NCBI GenBank assembly: GCA_934130355.1
Contig: CAKOXV010000006.1
Span: 8,541 to 72,540, forward strand
DNA: 64,000 nt
From: an uncultured Clostridia bacterium
GTDB taxonomy: Bacteria > Bacillota > Clostridia > TANB77 > CAG-508
Reading direction: 5' to 3'
The notes under the pieces were generated by a model. That model was given only the letters and a program-made list of their open reading frames with translations. It was not told where the DNA came from and ran no database searches. The number at the start of each line of letters is the position of its first letter. Positions within the stretch are counted from its first letter, which is position 1. This document shows, in pieces, positions 48,019 to 58,437 of the stretch. The translations under genes were made by a program, and so were the position numbers.

Positions 48019-49065
48019 TTAAATATTCCGTCCCATTTCTTCAAGAAGTTTAACTATTTTTTCATCTGCAACAGGCTGAATCACTGCAGAAGCCAAATTG
48101 TAGATTATACTTAATGTTCCAATTTTTATTATCGGCATAACACATATTCCTAGTACAACTATAACTCCTACTAGTCCTACTGCATTTTTTAAGATTACAC
48201 CACATCCAAGTACACTATCTACAACGTCTCCTAACACTTTTCCAACAACAGGAATAACACTTGAAACTGCTGCTTTGGCTGTTTTAGCAGTTATTCCATC
48301 AACACTACTACTTAGTGTTCCTTCTAGTGATACAACACCTACAAATATTGTTAACGAAACTCCTAAAAACCATACAACTCCTGACTTTAAAAATTGAGAT
48401 AATTTATTTAATTGTATTTTATTCGAAATTTTTGATATTATAGAAAATACTACTATTATCAATACTATTGGTATTAATATATTTACAATTGTGTTTCCTA
48501 TAAAATTACATATAAATAATATTATTGGCTGCAATAATGTACTTGTAGCTATATTACCTGTATATACCATAAGTGTTAAAAGTAAAGGTATTAGTACATT
48601 TATAAAACCTACTAAATCTTCTGCTGTTTTTCTTACAATTCCTATTACTTCTGTAAAATTTGACATTATTAATGTGACTATTAAAATATATTGAACAAAG
48701 TAAACTATTTGAGATATATTTGTATTTTCTAAATTGTCTGTTATTGACTTTAATATTCCGTGTATTACTATTATGACTAAAATACTTATTAATATTTTTA
48801 AATTTGCTGTTATTTCTTTTCCAAATAATCGTAAAATTTTTTGATATATTGTTTTATTGTTAACTTTTCCTTGAATAGCTTGATTTAAAACTTCACCTAA
48901 AGAAATTTCTCCAAAACTATCTCCTACATATCCTTCTGCTTCTTTTATAAATTCTTTTATATTAAACTTTTCTTGTGTTGATGTCATTATTTCTTCTGTT
49001 TCTGCATATACATGATAAGGCCATAATAATATTATTAAAATAAATACTAAAATTATTTTTTTCAT
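48019..49065 (-). CDS. spoIIIAE: stage III sporulation protein AE (reading frame breaks near the 3' end; likely true end at 47922 after a 1-nt frame correction)
   Basis: 348 aa, signal peptide plus a polytopic membrane protein. The next frame over 48026-47922 encodes a further TM helix ending in a TGA that overlaps the spoIIIAF ATG (ATGA). Confidence 0.85.
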   Translation of the reverse strand: MKKIILVFILIILLWPYHVYAETEEIMTSTQEKFNIKEFIKEAEGYVGDSFGEISLGEVLNQAIQGKVNNKTIYQKILRLFGKEITANLKILISILVIIVIHGILKSITDNLENTNISQIVYFVQYILIVTLIMSNFTEVIGIVRKTAEDLVGFINVLIPLLLTLMVYTGNIATSTLLQPIILFICNFIGNTIVNILIPIVLIIVVFSIISKISNKIQLNKLSQFLKSGVVWFLGVSLTIFVGVVSLEGTLSSSVDGITAKTAKAAVSSVIPVVGKVLGDVVDSVLGCGVILKNAVGLVGVIVVLGICVMPIIKIGTLSIIYNLASAVIQPVADEKIVKLLEEMGRNI

Positions 49066-49084
49066 ATTAAACCTTTCTCTGTGG

Positions 49085-49483
49085 TTATGGCAAAATTTCT
49101 ATAATAAGTTCTAATAAACTTGAAATTATAGGAATTGACATTGCTATAATAATAACTTTACTACCAATTTCTATTTTAGTTCCAATTGCTTTTTCTCCTG
49201 CATCTGTGCATATACTAACAGCAAATTCAGTTATAATTGCTATTCCAGTAATTTTCAATAAAATTCCTAAAAATTGACTATTAATGTATGTTTTATCAGA
49301 TATTGCTTTAAGCAAGTTTATTATTCCTGAAAATTTTTGTATTGTCAGGCCTAATATCAATGCTCCTGCAATAATTGAAACATATATTGCATATTCAGGC
49401 CTATATTGCTTTAAAATAATTGCAATAACTAATGCTATTATTCCTATTCCAACAATTTTGATAATTTCATCCATATAAATCAC
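49085..49483 (-). CDS. spoIIIAD: stage III sporulation protein AD
   Basis: About 130 aa, four TM helices, IVGIGIIALV...ITEFAVSICTDAGEKAIGTKIE. The start may be the internal ATG at 49474. Confidence 0.85.
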   Translation of the reverse strand: MIYMDEIIKIVGIGIIALVIAIILKQYRPEYAIYVSIIAGALILGLTIQKFSGIINLLKAISDKTYINSQFLGILLKITGIAIITEFAVSICTDAGEKAIGTKIEIGSKVIIIAMSIPIISSLLELIIEILP

Positions 49484-49498
49484 ATTCCTTCATTTATT

Positions 49499-49693
49499 TT
49501 ATAAATTGAATAATGTTCTAACCGTTTGGAATAATGAGCTTATTTCTTGTATAACCATTGATAATACTATAACTAGTCCTGCAAGAGTTGTCATCATTGC
49601 TTGGTCTTCTCTTCCTGCTCTTACTAAAACTTGATGTAGAACTGCCACTAATATTCCTATTGCTGCAATCTTAAATAATAAATTAATATCCAT
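49499..49693 (-). CDS. spoIIIAC: stage III sporulation protein AC
   Basis: 64 aa, two TM helices, LFKIAAIGILVAVLHQVL..AGREDQA. Confidence 0.85.
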   Translation of the reverse strand: MDINLLFKIAAIGILVAVLHQVLVRAGREDQAMMTTLAGLVIVLSMVIQEISSLFQTVRTLFNL

Positions 49694-49723
49694 ACACTTT
49701 TCCTTTCTTGTTTTATTATTATA

Positions 49724-50248
49724 CTAAAACAAAATGATAACAAAAATTAATCCAATAGTAATTCCTAGAGTTTTATACATTTTTTGTTCTTTCTTTTTGG
49801 CTTCTTCTGCCTTTTCTATCTGCATATTAAGAAAATTTTCTGTAACCTCAATTTCACTTATTTGTCCTTCAACATCAGTTTGTCCAAGTAATTTACCTAA
49901 TTTTTTTAAAATGTCTTTATCTTCTTGATTTATACTAATATCTGCATTTTGTATGCAGTTTTCCCAAACTTCTCTAGTTTGAAAATATGTTATTTGATTT
50001 GCCATCTGTCCAAAAATTTTTTCAACATTAGTTTCATTTTTATTAGCTATTTCTTTGAATATCTCTGCTAATGGCTGATATGTAAATTTAATTTTTGTCT
50101 TAATTATGTTCAAAATGTTTTTAAACTCTTTTAATTCGACTACTCGGTTTTCATATATTTTAGAAATAGTGAGTCCTATAGCTGTTGAAAGTCCAAAAAT
50201 CACAGCTAATAAAATATATTTAATTGTTTTCATTATAAAAATATGCAT
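49724..50248 (-). CDS. spoIIIAB: stage III sporulation protein AB
   Basis: About 170 aa, N- and C-terminal TM helices, operon position. Start uncertain. Confidence 0.8.
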   Translation of the reverse strand: MHIFIMKTIKYILLAVIFGLSTAIGLTISKIYENRVVELKEFKNILNIIKTKIKFTYQPLAEIFKEIANKNETNVEKIFGQMANQITYFQTREVWENCIQNADISINQEDKDILKKLGKLLGQTDVEGQISEIEVTENFLNMQIEKAEEAKKKEQKMYKTLGITIGLIFVIILF

Positions 50249-51177
50249 TGAGTTTCACCTCTTTTCTCAGTGTTCAACAAAATAAGTCTTTCAAATATGT
50301 GTTTATCTAATAAACTTGAAAGTTCTGTATTTCTGCATATTTCATCAATATCTTTTCCATGTGCAGTAAAAATCCCTTTTACTCCTGAACACATTGCATA
50401 ATCTATTGCTTTTACATCTTCTATATTTCCTATTTCATCACAAGCAATAACATCTGGGCACATAGAACGTACTAATATTCTCATTGCTTGTGGCTTGGGC
50501 ATATTATCTATTACATCTGTTCTAATCCCTATATCATTTTGAGGTATTCCTTTATACATAGCTGCAAGTTCTCCTCTTTCATCTGCAACTCCAACTGTCT
50601 TTCCTTTAAATCCTATTTCTCCTATTCCATTACTTATATTTCTTATAATATCTCTTAATAATGTTGTTTTCCCTGAACCAGGTGGTGAAACAATTAATGT
50701 ATTAAATACTTCTCCTTTTGGTAGGTCTATTATATCTCTCATAATTCTGTTGCTACATCCAATCTGTTGCCTTGCTATTCTAAAATTCAAACTTGATATG
50801 TAATTTATATTTATAACTTGTCCATTATTTATGACTGCACTTCCCACAATGCCAACTCTATTTCCGCCTCTTATAGTTATATATCCATCACATATTTGTC
50901 TTGTATATGAATATACAGAGTTTTCACATATTCTTTCAAAAGCCTGTAAAAGTTCCTGTTGTTTAACTATATAATCAATTTTTATAGTTTCTGTTCCTAC
51001 TTTTAGCATAAGAGGTTTAGAACTTCTTAATCTTATTTCTTCTATTTGCAGTCTTTGTGTATTAAGTAATTGTTCTATTTGATTTTTTATTGTTATTGGT
51101 AAATATTCTAAAACTACTTCTAATCCTGACATCTTATCTCCTTGTGAGTGTTTTTGTGTTTTGTCTTTAAACTTCAT
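50233..51177 (-). CDS. spoIIIAA: stage III sporulation protein AA (ATPase)
   Basis: Walker A SPPGSGKTTLLRD and Walker B-like VIACDEIG. The true start may be the internal MSGLEVV (about 51132). Confidence 0.85.
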   Translation of the reverse strand: MKFKDKTQKHSQGDKMSGLEVVLEYLPITIKNQIEQLLNTQRLQIEEIRLRSSKPLMLKVGTETIKIDYIVKQQELLQAFERICENSVYSYTRQICDGYITIRGGNRVGIVGSAVINNGQVININYISSLNFRIARQQIGCSNRIMRDIIDLPKGEVFNTLIVSPPGSGKTTLLRDIIRNISNGIGEIGFKGKTVGVADERGELAAMYKGIPQNDIGIRTDVIDNMPKPQAMRILVRSMCPDVIACDEIGNIEDVKAIDYAMCSGVKGIFTAHGKDIDEICRNTELSSLLDKHIFERLILLNTEKRGETQCIFL

Positions 51178-51188
51178 GTTTAGAGCTT

Positions 51189-51226
51189 AAAAAAGAGCAT
51201 ATATTATATATATATGCTCTTTTTAT
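51189..51226 (-). terminator. terminator downstream of yebC-like gene, upstream of spoIIIA operon
   Basis: AGAGCATATAT-N5-ATATATGCTCT stem with flanking A-runs on one side and T-runs on the other. Confidence 0.55.
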
Positions 51227-51249
51227 ATATTTTAGAACTATTTTTAATT

Positions 51250-51975
51250 TTATTCTTCCCAGTTATGATATACATCCATTACATCATCTAGTTCTTCAAG
51301 TCTTTCAATTAATCTTTCCATTTTTTCTTGTGCAGTTTCATCAAGTGCTACTGTTGTTGTTGGAACCATTTGAACATCTGCTTCTAAGAATGTTAATCCT
51401 GCTTCTTCTAATTTTTCTCTTACTGATGTAAATTCTGATGGCTCTGTTGTTATTTCATATATTTCATCTGTTGCCTCAAAGTCTTCTGCTCCTGCTTCTA
51501 ATGCTAACATCATTAATTCTTCTTCAGGCATTGTTGTTGCTTCTTTTTCAATTACTATAACACCTTTTTTATTGAACATATATGATACACATCCTGTTGT
51601 TCCTAGGTTTCCTCCAGCTTTATCAAATACATGTCTTACATCTGATGCTGTTCTGTTTCTATTGTCTGTGTTTGCATTTACTATTACAGCAACTCCGTTT
51701 GGTCCATATCCCTCATATACTACTTCTTCATATACTGAAGTACTTCCTTCTCCTGATGCTTTTTTTATTGCATTGTTTATTGTGTCATTTGGCATATTAG
51801 CTGCCTTACATTTTGCTATTACATCTTTTAATTTTGAGTTTCCTGATGGATCTGGTCCACCTTGTTTTACTGCTATTAATAATTCTCTTCCTAACTTTGT
51901 AAATACTTTTCCTCTTGCTGCATCTGCTTTACCTTTTTTTGCTTGTATGTTATGCCATTTGCTATGTCCTGACAT
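51250..51975 (-). CDS. YebC/PmpR family DNA-binding transcriptional regulator
   Basis: 241 aa starting [23 protein letters not shown]. Confidence 0.9.
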   Translation of the reverse strand: MSGHSKWHNIQAKKGKADAARGKVFTKLGRELLIAVKQGGPDPSGNSKLKDVIAKCKAANMPNDTINNAIKKASGEGSTSVYEEVVYEGYGPNGVAVIVNANTDNRNRTASDVRHVFDKAGGNLGTTGCVSYMFNKKGVIVIEKEATTMPEEELMMLALEAGAEDFEATDEIYEITTEPSEFTSVREKLEEAGLTFLEADVQMVPTTTVALDETAQEKMERLIERLEELDDVMDVYHNWEE

Positions 51976-52017
51976 GTTTTCACTCTCCTTTATTTATTAA
52001 AAATTTTAACTACTTTT

Positions 52018-55000
52018 CTATTTTACCACATTTTTTCCATTTTGTGTAGTAGTTTTGGAGATATTTTTTCTCATAATTATTTTATCACAACTTGCTAATA
52101 TCATTGGCAATAAGAATAGTATTAATAATGCAGAACATAAAGTTCCTTGTGACAATGTTTTACAAATCATTGAAGTAACACCAGAAGTGCATTCTCCAAC
52201 TATTAAAGTTACTATAACTAATATTGATGCTGATGTTAGTATTGTGTTTATTGACTTATTATAAGAAGCTACAACCGCTTCTTTGGCATCCATAGTTTTT
52301 CTATGCTCTAGATAATATGATGTATATAAAATAGCATAATCTATTGTTGCACCCATTAATATACTTTGAACAATTAGTAATGCTATAAAGTAAACTCCTT
52401 CGCCTGAGAATGATAATATTCCCATTATAACATATACTGCGCATTGTATTAAAAGCACTAATATAAATGGTATTATTATTGATTTAAAGGTGATTGCTAC
52501 AACAACAAATATAAATACCATTGTTAATACTGTTATGAAATCTAACTCACTTTGGAATGTTTGACTCATTTCATAAGCCATTGGTGAATCTCCTATTAAG
52601 TATACTTCACTTAAATTACTATTGTTTAAATCATCTCTCACACTTTTTACTAAATTAAATGTTTCTTCAGATTCTAAAGGTAATTTTGTGTTAATAACAA
52701 CTCTTGAATATCCATCACCTATTAACAATTCTCTTGCATCATCTATTGTTTCTTTGCTATCTGTTATATCTTTTCTCATATCATCTTCTATAAATGTATC
52801 AAATCTAGTATCTGTTATTATATTTTCATTTAAATAATTAACAAATTTTTCTACTGTTAAAGTCCAATTTGAATCATAAGAATTACTGCTTCCAAAATAC
52901 ATGTATAATAAATCAATCATGTTTTTATCTACATCATTACTTAATTTTGTTAAAATAGCAAATATTTCTTCTTTATTATATTTTGTACCATTTAAACTAG
53001 CATTTATTATTCCTTTTACAGTATTTAATTTTGAACTTGAATCTTGTGTAAAGTTATCTAAATATTTTGAATTTTTCATTACATCATCTGTTAAAAATGT
53101 TATAAATTCATTCAAAGATATTGTTTGATTTGGATTTATATATTTTGAAATATATAACCCATAAAGTAATTTCATATCTTCCTCATCAATTCCAAGTAAT
53201 TTACTAAGTTCTGTACTACTATATTTCTTATTATTTAATACACCATCTGTTACACTCTTAATTAATTGTAATTTTGTTATTGTGTCATTATTTAAATTAC
53301 TTGCAAGTAATTCATCATTTTTATGTTCTAATATAAATGCTATAAAATCTTGTGCTGTCATTTTTATTTCTGTATTTTGAGAAATGTATAATCCGTAAAT
53401 ATTCTTAACTGTGCTAGGCTCAATACCAAGCATTACTCCTAAGTCATTATATGAATATGTTAAATTATTTAGTGAGCTATCCATTATACTAGATATTAAT
53501 TGTAATTTTCCTAGCATCTCTTGGTCTTTTATAGCTTTTTGTGCTAGTGTAACAAATTCATAAGGTGTCATCTGTAATTGGCTTAAATCTTCTGGCAATG
53601 TTTCTGGTTCAACCATACTATATTTTAACATTAATAATTGTTGAACTGTTGATTCTTCAACTCCAAACAAATTTGATAATTGAGCTGAATTCATGTTTTG
53701 CCCAATTATATTTTTATTACTAAATGTTGCTAACATTTTTATACTGTTTATTGTTTCTTCATTAAACATATTTTTATATTGGTCATTTGTTAATACATTT
53801 GACAACACATATTCAGAAAACTCATTTATACTCATTTGTTTTTCTATTTCATTTACAGTTATATAATATGTATATAATGAATTTATAGTTGCTTCTGGCA
53901 TTTCAAATAATTTTGCCATTTCTGCACTTGTTCTTTGCTCTGTAATTGCTTTTTTTGTTGTGAATTTTGACAATGTACTTAAATCGCCTTTATTGCTTTC
54001 ACTGATACTTTCTTCTTTATTCATAAAGTTTATGAATTCATTTATTCCAAGTTTTAAAGAATTATGTTTTGAATTATAGTAAATTAACAAATCTTTAATT
54101 TGTTCCTCATCTACTTCTTCCAATATATTAGCAATTTCTGATACAGTTCTCTTTTTATTAATTGAACTTGCATTTGTAAAGTTCTCTAATCTAGCAATAT
54201 CTTTTCTCATCTGAGAAGTTATTTCTTTGCTCATTTTTTCATTACTATATACTTGTTCATTTATAAATTTTACAAACTCATCAAAAGTCATTGTATTATC
54301 TTCGTTTTGATTATAATATTTGTAATATAAGATTTTTATTAGATATTCTTCGATTTCTACATCTGAGCCTAAATCACTTAATTGTTGATTTAGTTGTTCT
54401 GCAGTAACTTCCTCATTTATTGTATTTCCATATCCTAATACTTCATCTATTCCTTCAATATTTTCTAATTTTTTTAGATATTCTGATACTTTTTTCTCAT
54501 CTTCATTTTTATATATAATTGCAAGTTGGTTATTTTCTTTAAACACTTTAGATACTTCATCTGATTGTGAATCTGTATATAAAATACCTAAATTTCCTTT
54601 TAATAAATAGCTTCCTACAAATGCTACTATAAATAAAATAACTGATATATGTCTAGCTTTATAACTTATTCTTCCTAGTAAATTTAATTTAATATTTGGT
54701 GCTTTCTTTTTTGTTTTATCAATTAATTTATCACACATTAATATAAGTGCTGGTAATACAAAGAATATACAAATTAAACTAAATAATACACCTTTAGCTA
54801 GTACAAGACCTAAATCACGTCCTATTGTAAAACTCATAAATACTAATGCTAAAAGTCCTACTACTGTTGTTACTGAGCTACTTGATATAGCTGTAAATGC
54901 ATGATATAGTGCATTTTTCATAGCTTCTACAGAGTTTGATTCTTTTTCTTTTTCTTGTCTATACCTATCCATTAGCATTATTGAATAATCCATAGATAAT

Positions 55001-55683
55001 GCCATTTGTAATATTGCTGTGATTGAATCTGTAATGTTTGATACACTACTAAATATTATATTTGAACCTTTATTTAGTAATACTGCCATTAATATTGATA
55101 TCAAAAATAGAATTGGTTCTACATAAGATTCACACATTATTGTTAAAATTACAAGAGCACATCCAACTGCTAATACTACTATACTAATTGGTAATACTGA
55201 TTTATTTCTATCTGAGATGCTTCCACTTGTATAAATTTTATAGTCTTTGAACTGTTGATTAATCTCATTATAGACTTCACTTGCAGACTCTGAATCTTCT
55301 TTGTCTGCCACATTTATTACATACAAAGTATAATTATCTTTGTTATACTCTTCTGTATCATCATAATCTACACTATCTACCCCTTTTATTTGTGTAAGTT
55401 GTTCATATATTTCTGTTTTCTTTTCTTGTTGTAAATCTTCAAACATCAAATTTAAGGAACTTGATTTTATCTCTTTGAATTTTTCTTCCATGATGTCCAT
55501 TCCTTTTCTAGTTTCTGATGTACTTGGTAAGTATTTACTAATATCATAATTTATATTTACTTTTTGGGATGTAAATACCGCAAAAATAGAAATTATGATA
55601 AAGAAAACTAATACGAAATATCTTTTGTTGACAATAAAATTTGTAAGTTTTTTCATTTTCAAATCTTCCTTTCTTTTTGGCAT
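52018..55683 (-). CDS. MMPL/RND-superfamily transporter with a large internal tandem-repeat insert
   Basis: 1221 aa. Two 5-6-TM bundles (about aa 170-330 and 1010-1190) with MMPL-like sequences (LQMALSMDYSIMLMDRYRQE; MGATIDYAILYTSYYLEHR). They are separated by a soluble region of several hundred aa made of repeated ~70-aa units. Confidence 0.75.
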   Translation of the reverse strand: MPKRKEDLKMKKLTNFIVNKRYFVLVFFIIISIFAVFTSQKVNINYDISKYLPSTSETRKGMDIMEEKFKEIKSSSLNLMFEDLQQEKKTEIYEQLTQIKGVDSVDYDDTEEYNKDNYTLYVINVADKEDSESASEVYNEINQQFKDYKIYTSGSISDRNKSVLPISIVVLAVGCALVILTIMCESYVEPILFLISILMAVLLNKGSNIIFSSVSNITDSITAILQMALSMDYSIMLMDRYRQEKEKESNSVEAMKNALYHAFTAISSSSVTTVVGLLALVFMSFTIGRDLGLVLAKGVLFSLICIFFVLPALILMCDKLIDKTKKKAPNIKLNLLGRISYKARHISVILFIVAFVGSYLLKGNLGILYTDSQSDEVSKVFKENNQLAIIYKNEDEKKVSEYLKKLENIEGIDEVLGYGNTINEEVTAEQLNQQLSDLGSDVEIEEYLIKILYYKYYNQNEDNTMTFDEFVKFINEQVYSNEKMSKEITSQMRKDIARLENFTNASSINKKRTVSEIANILEEVDEEQIKDLLIYYNSKHNSLKLGINEFINFMNKEESISESNKGDLSTLSKFTTKKAITEQRTSAEMAKLFEMPEATINSLYTYYITVNEIEKQMSINEFSEYVLSNVLTNDQYKNMFNEETINSIKMLATFSNKNIIGQNMNSAQLSNLFGVEESTVQQLLMLKYSMVEPETLPEDLSQLQMTPYEFVTLAQKAIKDQEMLGKLQLISSIMDSSLNNLTYSYNDLGVMLGIEPSTVKNIYGLYISQNTEIKMTAQDFIAFILEHKNDELLASNLNNDTITKLQLIKSVTDGVLNNKKYSSTELSKLLGIDEEDMKLLYGLYISKYINPNQTISLNEFITFLTDDVMKNSKYLDNFTQDSSSKLNTVKGIINASLNGTKYNKEEIFAILTKLSNDVDKNMIDLLYMYFGSSNSYDSNWTLTVEKFVNYLNENIITDTRFDTFIEDDMRKDITDSKETIDDARELLIGDGYSRVVINTKLPLESEETFNLVKSVRDDLNNSNLSEVYLIGDSPMAYEMSQTFQSELDFITVLTMVFIFVVVAITFKSIIIPFILVLLIQCAVYVIMGILSFSGEGVYFIALLIVQSILMGATIDYAILYTSYYLEHRKTMDAKEAVVASYNKSINTILTSASILVIVTLIVGECTSGVTSMICKTLSQGTLCSALLILFLLPMILASCDKIIMRKNISKTTTQNGKNVVK

Positions 55684-55737
55684 AAAATGTATTTTAGTCT
55701 CTTTTTCAAATTTTTACAAGTATAATATTATAAAAAG

Positions 55738-55753
55738 TGTCTAAATTTAGACA
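55738..55753. promoter_or_regulatory. perfect 16-bp palindrome, candidate TetR operator in the divergent tetR/MMPL promoter region
   Basis: TGTCTAAATTTAGACA lies between the divergently transcribed transporter (start 55683) and the TetR gene (start 55823). Confidence 0.5.
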
Positions 55754-55822
55754 TTTTTTATAATATTGTCTTTTTTAAGATTTTATGATATAATATTCAA
55801 AAATATTAAAAGGAGATTAATT

Positions 55823-56377
55823 ATGAAAGTACAAGGATTGAATTCATCTTCTGCTAAAACAAGAAGCTTAATAAAGAAAACCTTTGCCGAACTTATAAAT
55901 GAAAGAAAAGAATTAAATAAAGTCACAGTAACAGAGCTTGTTAAAAGAGCTAATATAACAAGAAGCACATTTTATACTCATTATGATGATATTTATGATG
56001 TTGTTAATGATTATCAAATGGAAACAATAGAATTATTAATAAGAGATGATAAAATTTTAAATTCTATTCAAGATATTTATGATTATTTTGCTCAAATATT
56101 CGAATGTTTAAAGAAAAATGAGGAAATATATAAAATGCTTTTATCTTCAAATGCTTCTATAGTTTTTCTTGATGAATTAAAAGAACTTGCTAATGAAAAA
56201 ATTTACAGTGCTTTAAAAAATATAATAACAACAAATCCATATTTAAAATTAGATTTAGATTTTTATTTGGATGGAATGTTTAGTGAAATAATAAGATATT
56301 TTAGAGGGCAAAGTAATTATTCACCTTCTGAATTATATGAAAATAGTAAAAAATGGTTTGAGAAATTGTTTAAATAG
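55823..56377 (+). CDS. TetR/AcrR family transcriptional regulator
   Basis: ATG at 55823 follows AAAGGAG. N-terminal HTH region KKTFAELINERKELNKVTVTELVKRANITRSTFYTHY. Confidence 0.85.
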   Translation: MKVQGLNSSSAKTRSLIKKTFAELINERKELNKVTVTELVKRANITRSTFYTHYDDIYDVVNDYQMETIELLIRDDKILNSIQDIYDYFAQIFECLKKNEEIYKMLLSSNASIVFLDELKELANEKIYSALKNIITTNPYLKLDLDFYLDGMFSEIIRYFRGQSNYSPSELYENSKKWFEKLFK

Positions 56378-56398
56378 GTTTCTCAAACCATTTTATTT

Positions 56399-58411
56399 TT
56401 AAAATAATGTTTTTATTTTTTTAATTAAATAATGACTTCCACCAAGTTCTCTTCCGTTTTCAACCATGCTTATTACTAATAATTGATTTTTAGAGTCATC
56501 TGCTGTAAAGCAATCAAACCAACCTAAAATATCTGCACTACCATCTTTTGAGCCTTTTAATTCTGCAGTTCCAGTCTTACCAGCAATAGTTCTTCCTGAT
56601 ACTTTCATATCTGTAGCAGTTCCTTGTTCCACTACTTGAATTAAATCTTCTTTTATTATGTTTGCAGCTTCTTTTGAAAATGCTCCTTCTACCAAATATT
56701 CTTTCTCATTATTTTCTTTAACTTCTAAATAAGGTTTTAGCATATTTCCTTCATTTGCAAATGCTGAATATATTGAAGCCATTAATACTGGGTTAACTAA
56801 AATTTCGCCTTGCCCATATCCACTATCTGCAAGTAATTTTTCGTTAGAAATGTCTTCTTTGTTTGAATATTGTGATTTAGATAATGCTAATGGAAATTCT
56901 ACATTTTCCCCAAATTTTAACTTTTTAAGTCCATCTGTAAAATTTTGTTTTCCTATTTTTAGTGCTGCTTGAGCAAAATATATGTTATCTGAATATATTA
57001 AAGCATTTTTTAAGTTTTTAGGGCCATTATATGCTGTAAGTGTTGTTATATCATATTGTCCCCAATTATCTTTTTTCCAGCTTAATCCACTATATGAAAA
57101 TGTATCTTCTGTACTTAAAGATTCTGTGGTTAATCCAATTGCTCCTGTTATCGGCTTAAATGTAGAACCAGGAATATAACTTTGCAAGTATCTTGCAAGC
57201 ATTGGTTTTCTTGAATCATTTTTTATTGAATTCCATTTTTCTGAACTCATTCCTAGCACAAAATCATTTGGATTATAAGAAGGCGTACTTACAAGTGCTA
57301 ACATTGCACCAGTATTAGGTTCCATTACTACGAAAAAACCTTCATTTTCTTTTAATTGCTCATATAGTTTTTCTTGTATATTTGTGTCTATTGTTAATTT
57401 TATATTTTCTCCATTTTGAACATCTATTTTAGCAAGAGTTGATTTCTTCTTTCCTTCTGAATCCTCTATATAGATTTCTATTCCATCTTTTCCTTTAAGT
57501 CTTTCTTCATATACTTTTTCTAATCCCGCTTTTCCTATAACACTATTACTTGTATATCCTTTGTCTTTATTTGCTTCAAGTTCTTCTGCTGTTATGTTTT
57601 GAACATATCCTACTAAATGTGCAGCAGCTTCTCCTAATGGATATACTCTAGATTTTGTTGTTGTTATTTTAATTCCTTGAATTTGAATTAATTTTGCTTT
57701 TAATTCTGTTGCATCTTTTGATACTTTTTTTATAGGTACAAATGTATCATCTTTTACCCATGATGCTGATAAGTTCTTATTTATAACTTCTGTTGTAGTT
57801 TCAAGCAGTTCTGCTATTTGTCCAATTGCTTCATCTTTATTTTCTGGAAGTTTACCTGGGACAATTCCTACTGTTGAAACTTCTCCCTGACCTGCTAGCA
57901 TTTTTCCGTTTTGGTCTAATATTTCTCCTCTTTGAGATGATATTGTTTTAACTTTTACTTTGTCTGTACTGCTTAATTGCGGAAATATTAAACTTGAACT
58001 CCAATTAATTAAATATCCTTTTTCTTTGTCTTTTGTAAGTCTTACTTCACCATCAAACTTTATATCTCCAGCATCTGTATTCATTGCCAAATTAAAAGAT
58101 ATTTTATTTATTGAAGAACTTTCTTCTTCTACTGCTAATATCTCTGTTTTCATATCATTCATGCCAATTCCACCATAAATGTTTTTGTGTCTTTTAAAAA
58201 AATCTTCTTTTGCTATTTGCTCTTTAGATTCCTGTGTTAACATTTCATACATTTCTTCATATTTTTGTTCATTTATCAATGATACATATTTTTGCCAAAA
58301 TGTTTCTGGCTCTATTTTAGGTCTATTTAATATGTATATTGCCACACTTCCCCCTGCTATAACAATTAATACTACTGCAATAATAATTCCTATAAGTATT
58401 TTTTTATTCAT
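56399..58411 (-). CDS. class B penicillin-binding protein (transpeptidase) with NTF2-like/MecA_N N-terminal domain
   Basis: 670 aa. TM anchor, then STFKP (SxxK), SDN and KTGTAE motifs. Confidence 0.85.
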   Translation of the reverse strand: MNKKILIGIIIAVVLIVIAGGSVAIYILNRPKIEPETFWQKYVSLINEQKYEEMYEMLTQESKEQIAKEDFFKRHKNIYGGIGMNDMKTEILAVEEESSSINKISFNLAMNTDAGDIKFDGEVRLTKDKEKGYLINWSSSLIFPQLSSTDKVKVKTISSQRGEILDQNGKMLAGQGEVSTVGIVPGKLPENKDEAIGQIAELLETTTEVINKNLSASWVKDDTFVPIKKVSKDATELKAKLIQIQGIKITTTKSRVYPLGEAAAHLVGYVQNITAEELEANKDKGYTSNSVIGKAGLEKVYEERLKGKDGIEIYIEDSEGKKKSTLAKIDVQNGENIKLTIDTNIQEKLYEQLKENEGFFVVMEPNTGAMLALVSTPSYNPNDFVLGMSSEKWNSIKNDSRKPMLARYLQSYIPGSTFKPITGAIGLTTESLSTEDTFSYSGLSWKKDNWGQYDITTLTAYNGPKNLKNALIYSDNIYFAQAALKIGKQNFTDGLKKLKFGENVEFPLALSKSQYSNKEDISNEKLLADSGYGQGEILVNPVLMASIYSAFANEGNMLKPYLEVKENNEKEYLVEGAFSKEAANIIKEDLIQVVEQGTATDMKVSGRTIAGKTGTAELKGSKDGSADILGWFDCFTADDSKNQLLVISMVENGRELGGSHYLIKKIKTLF

Positions 58412-58437
58412 TTATTAAATCCCCTTTCTATTATAAT

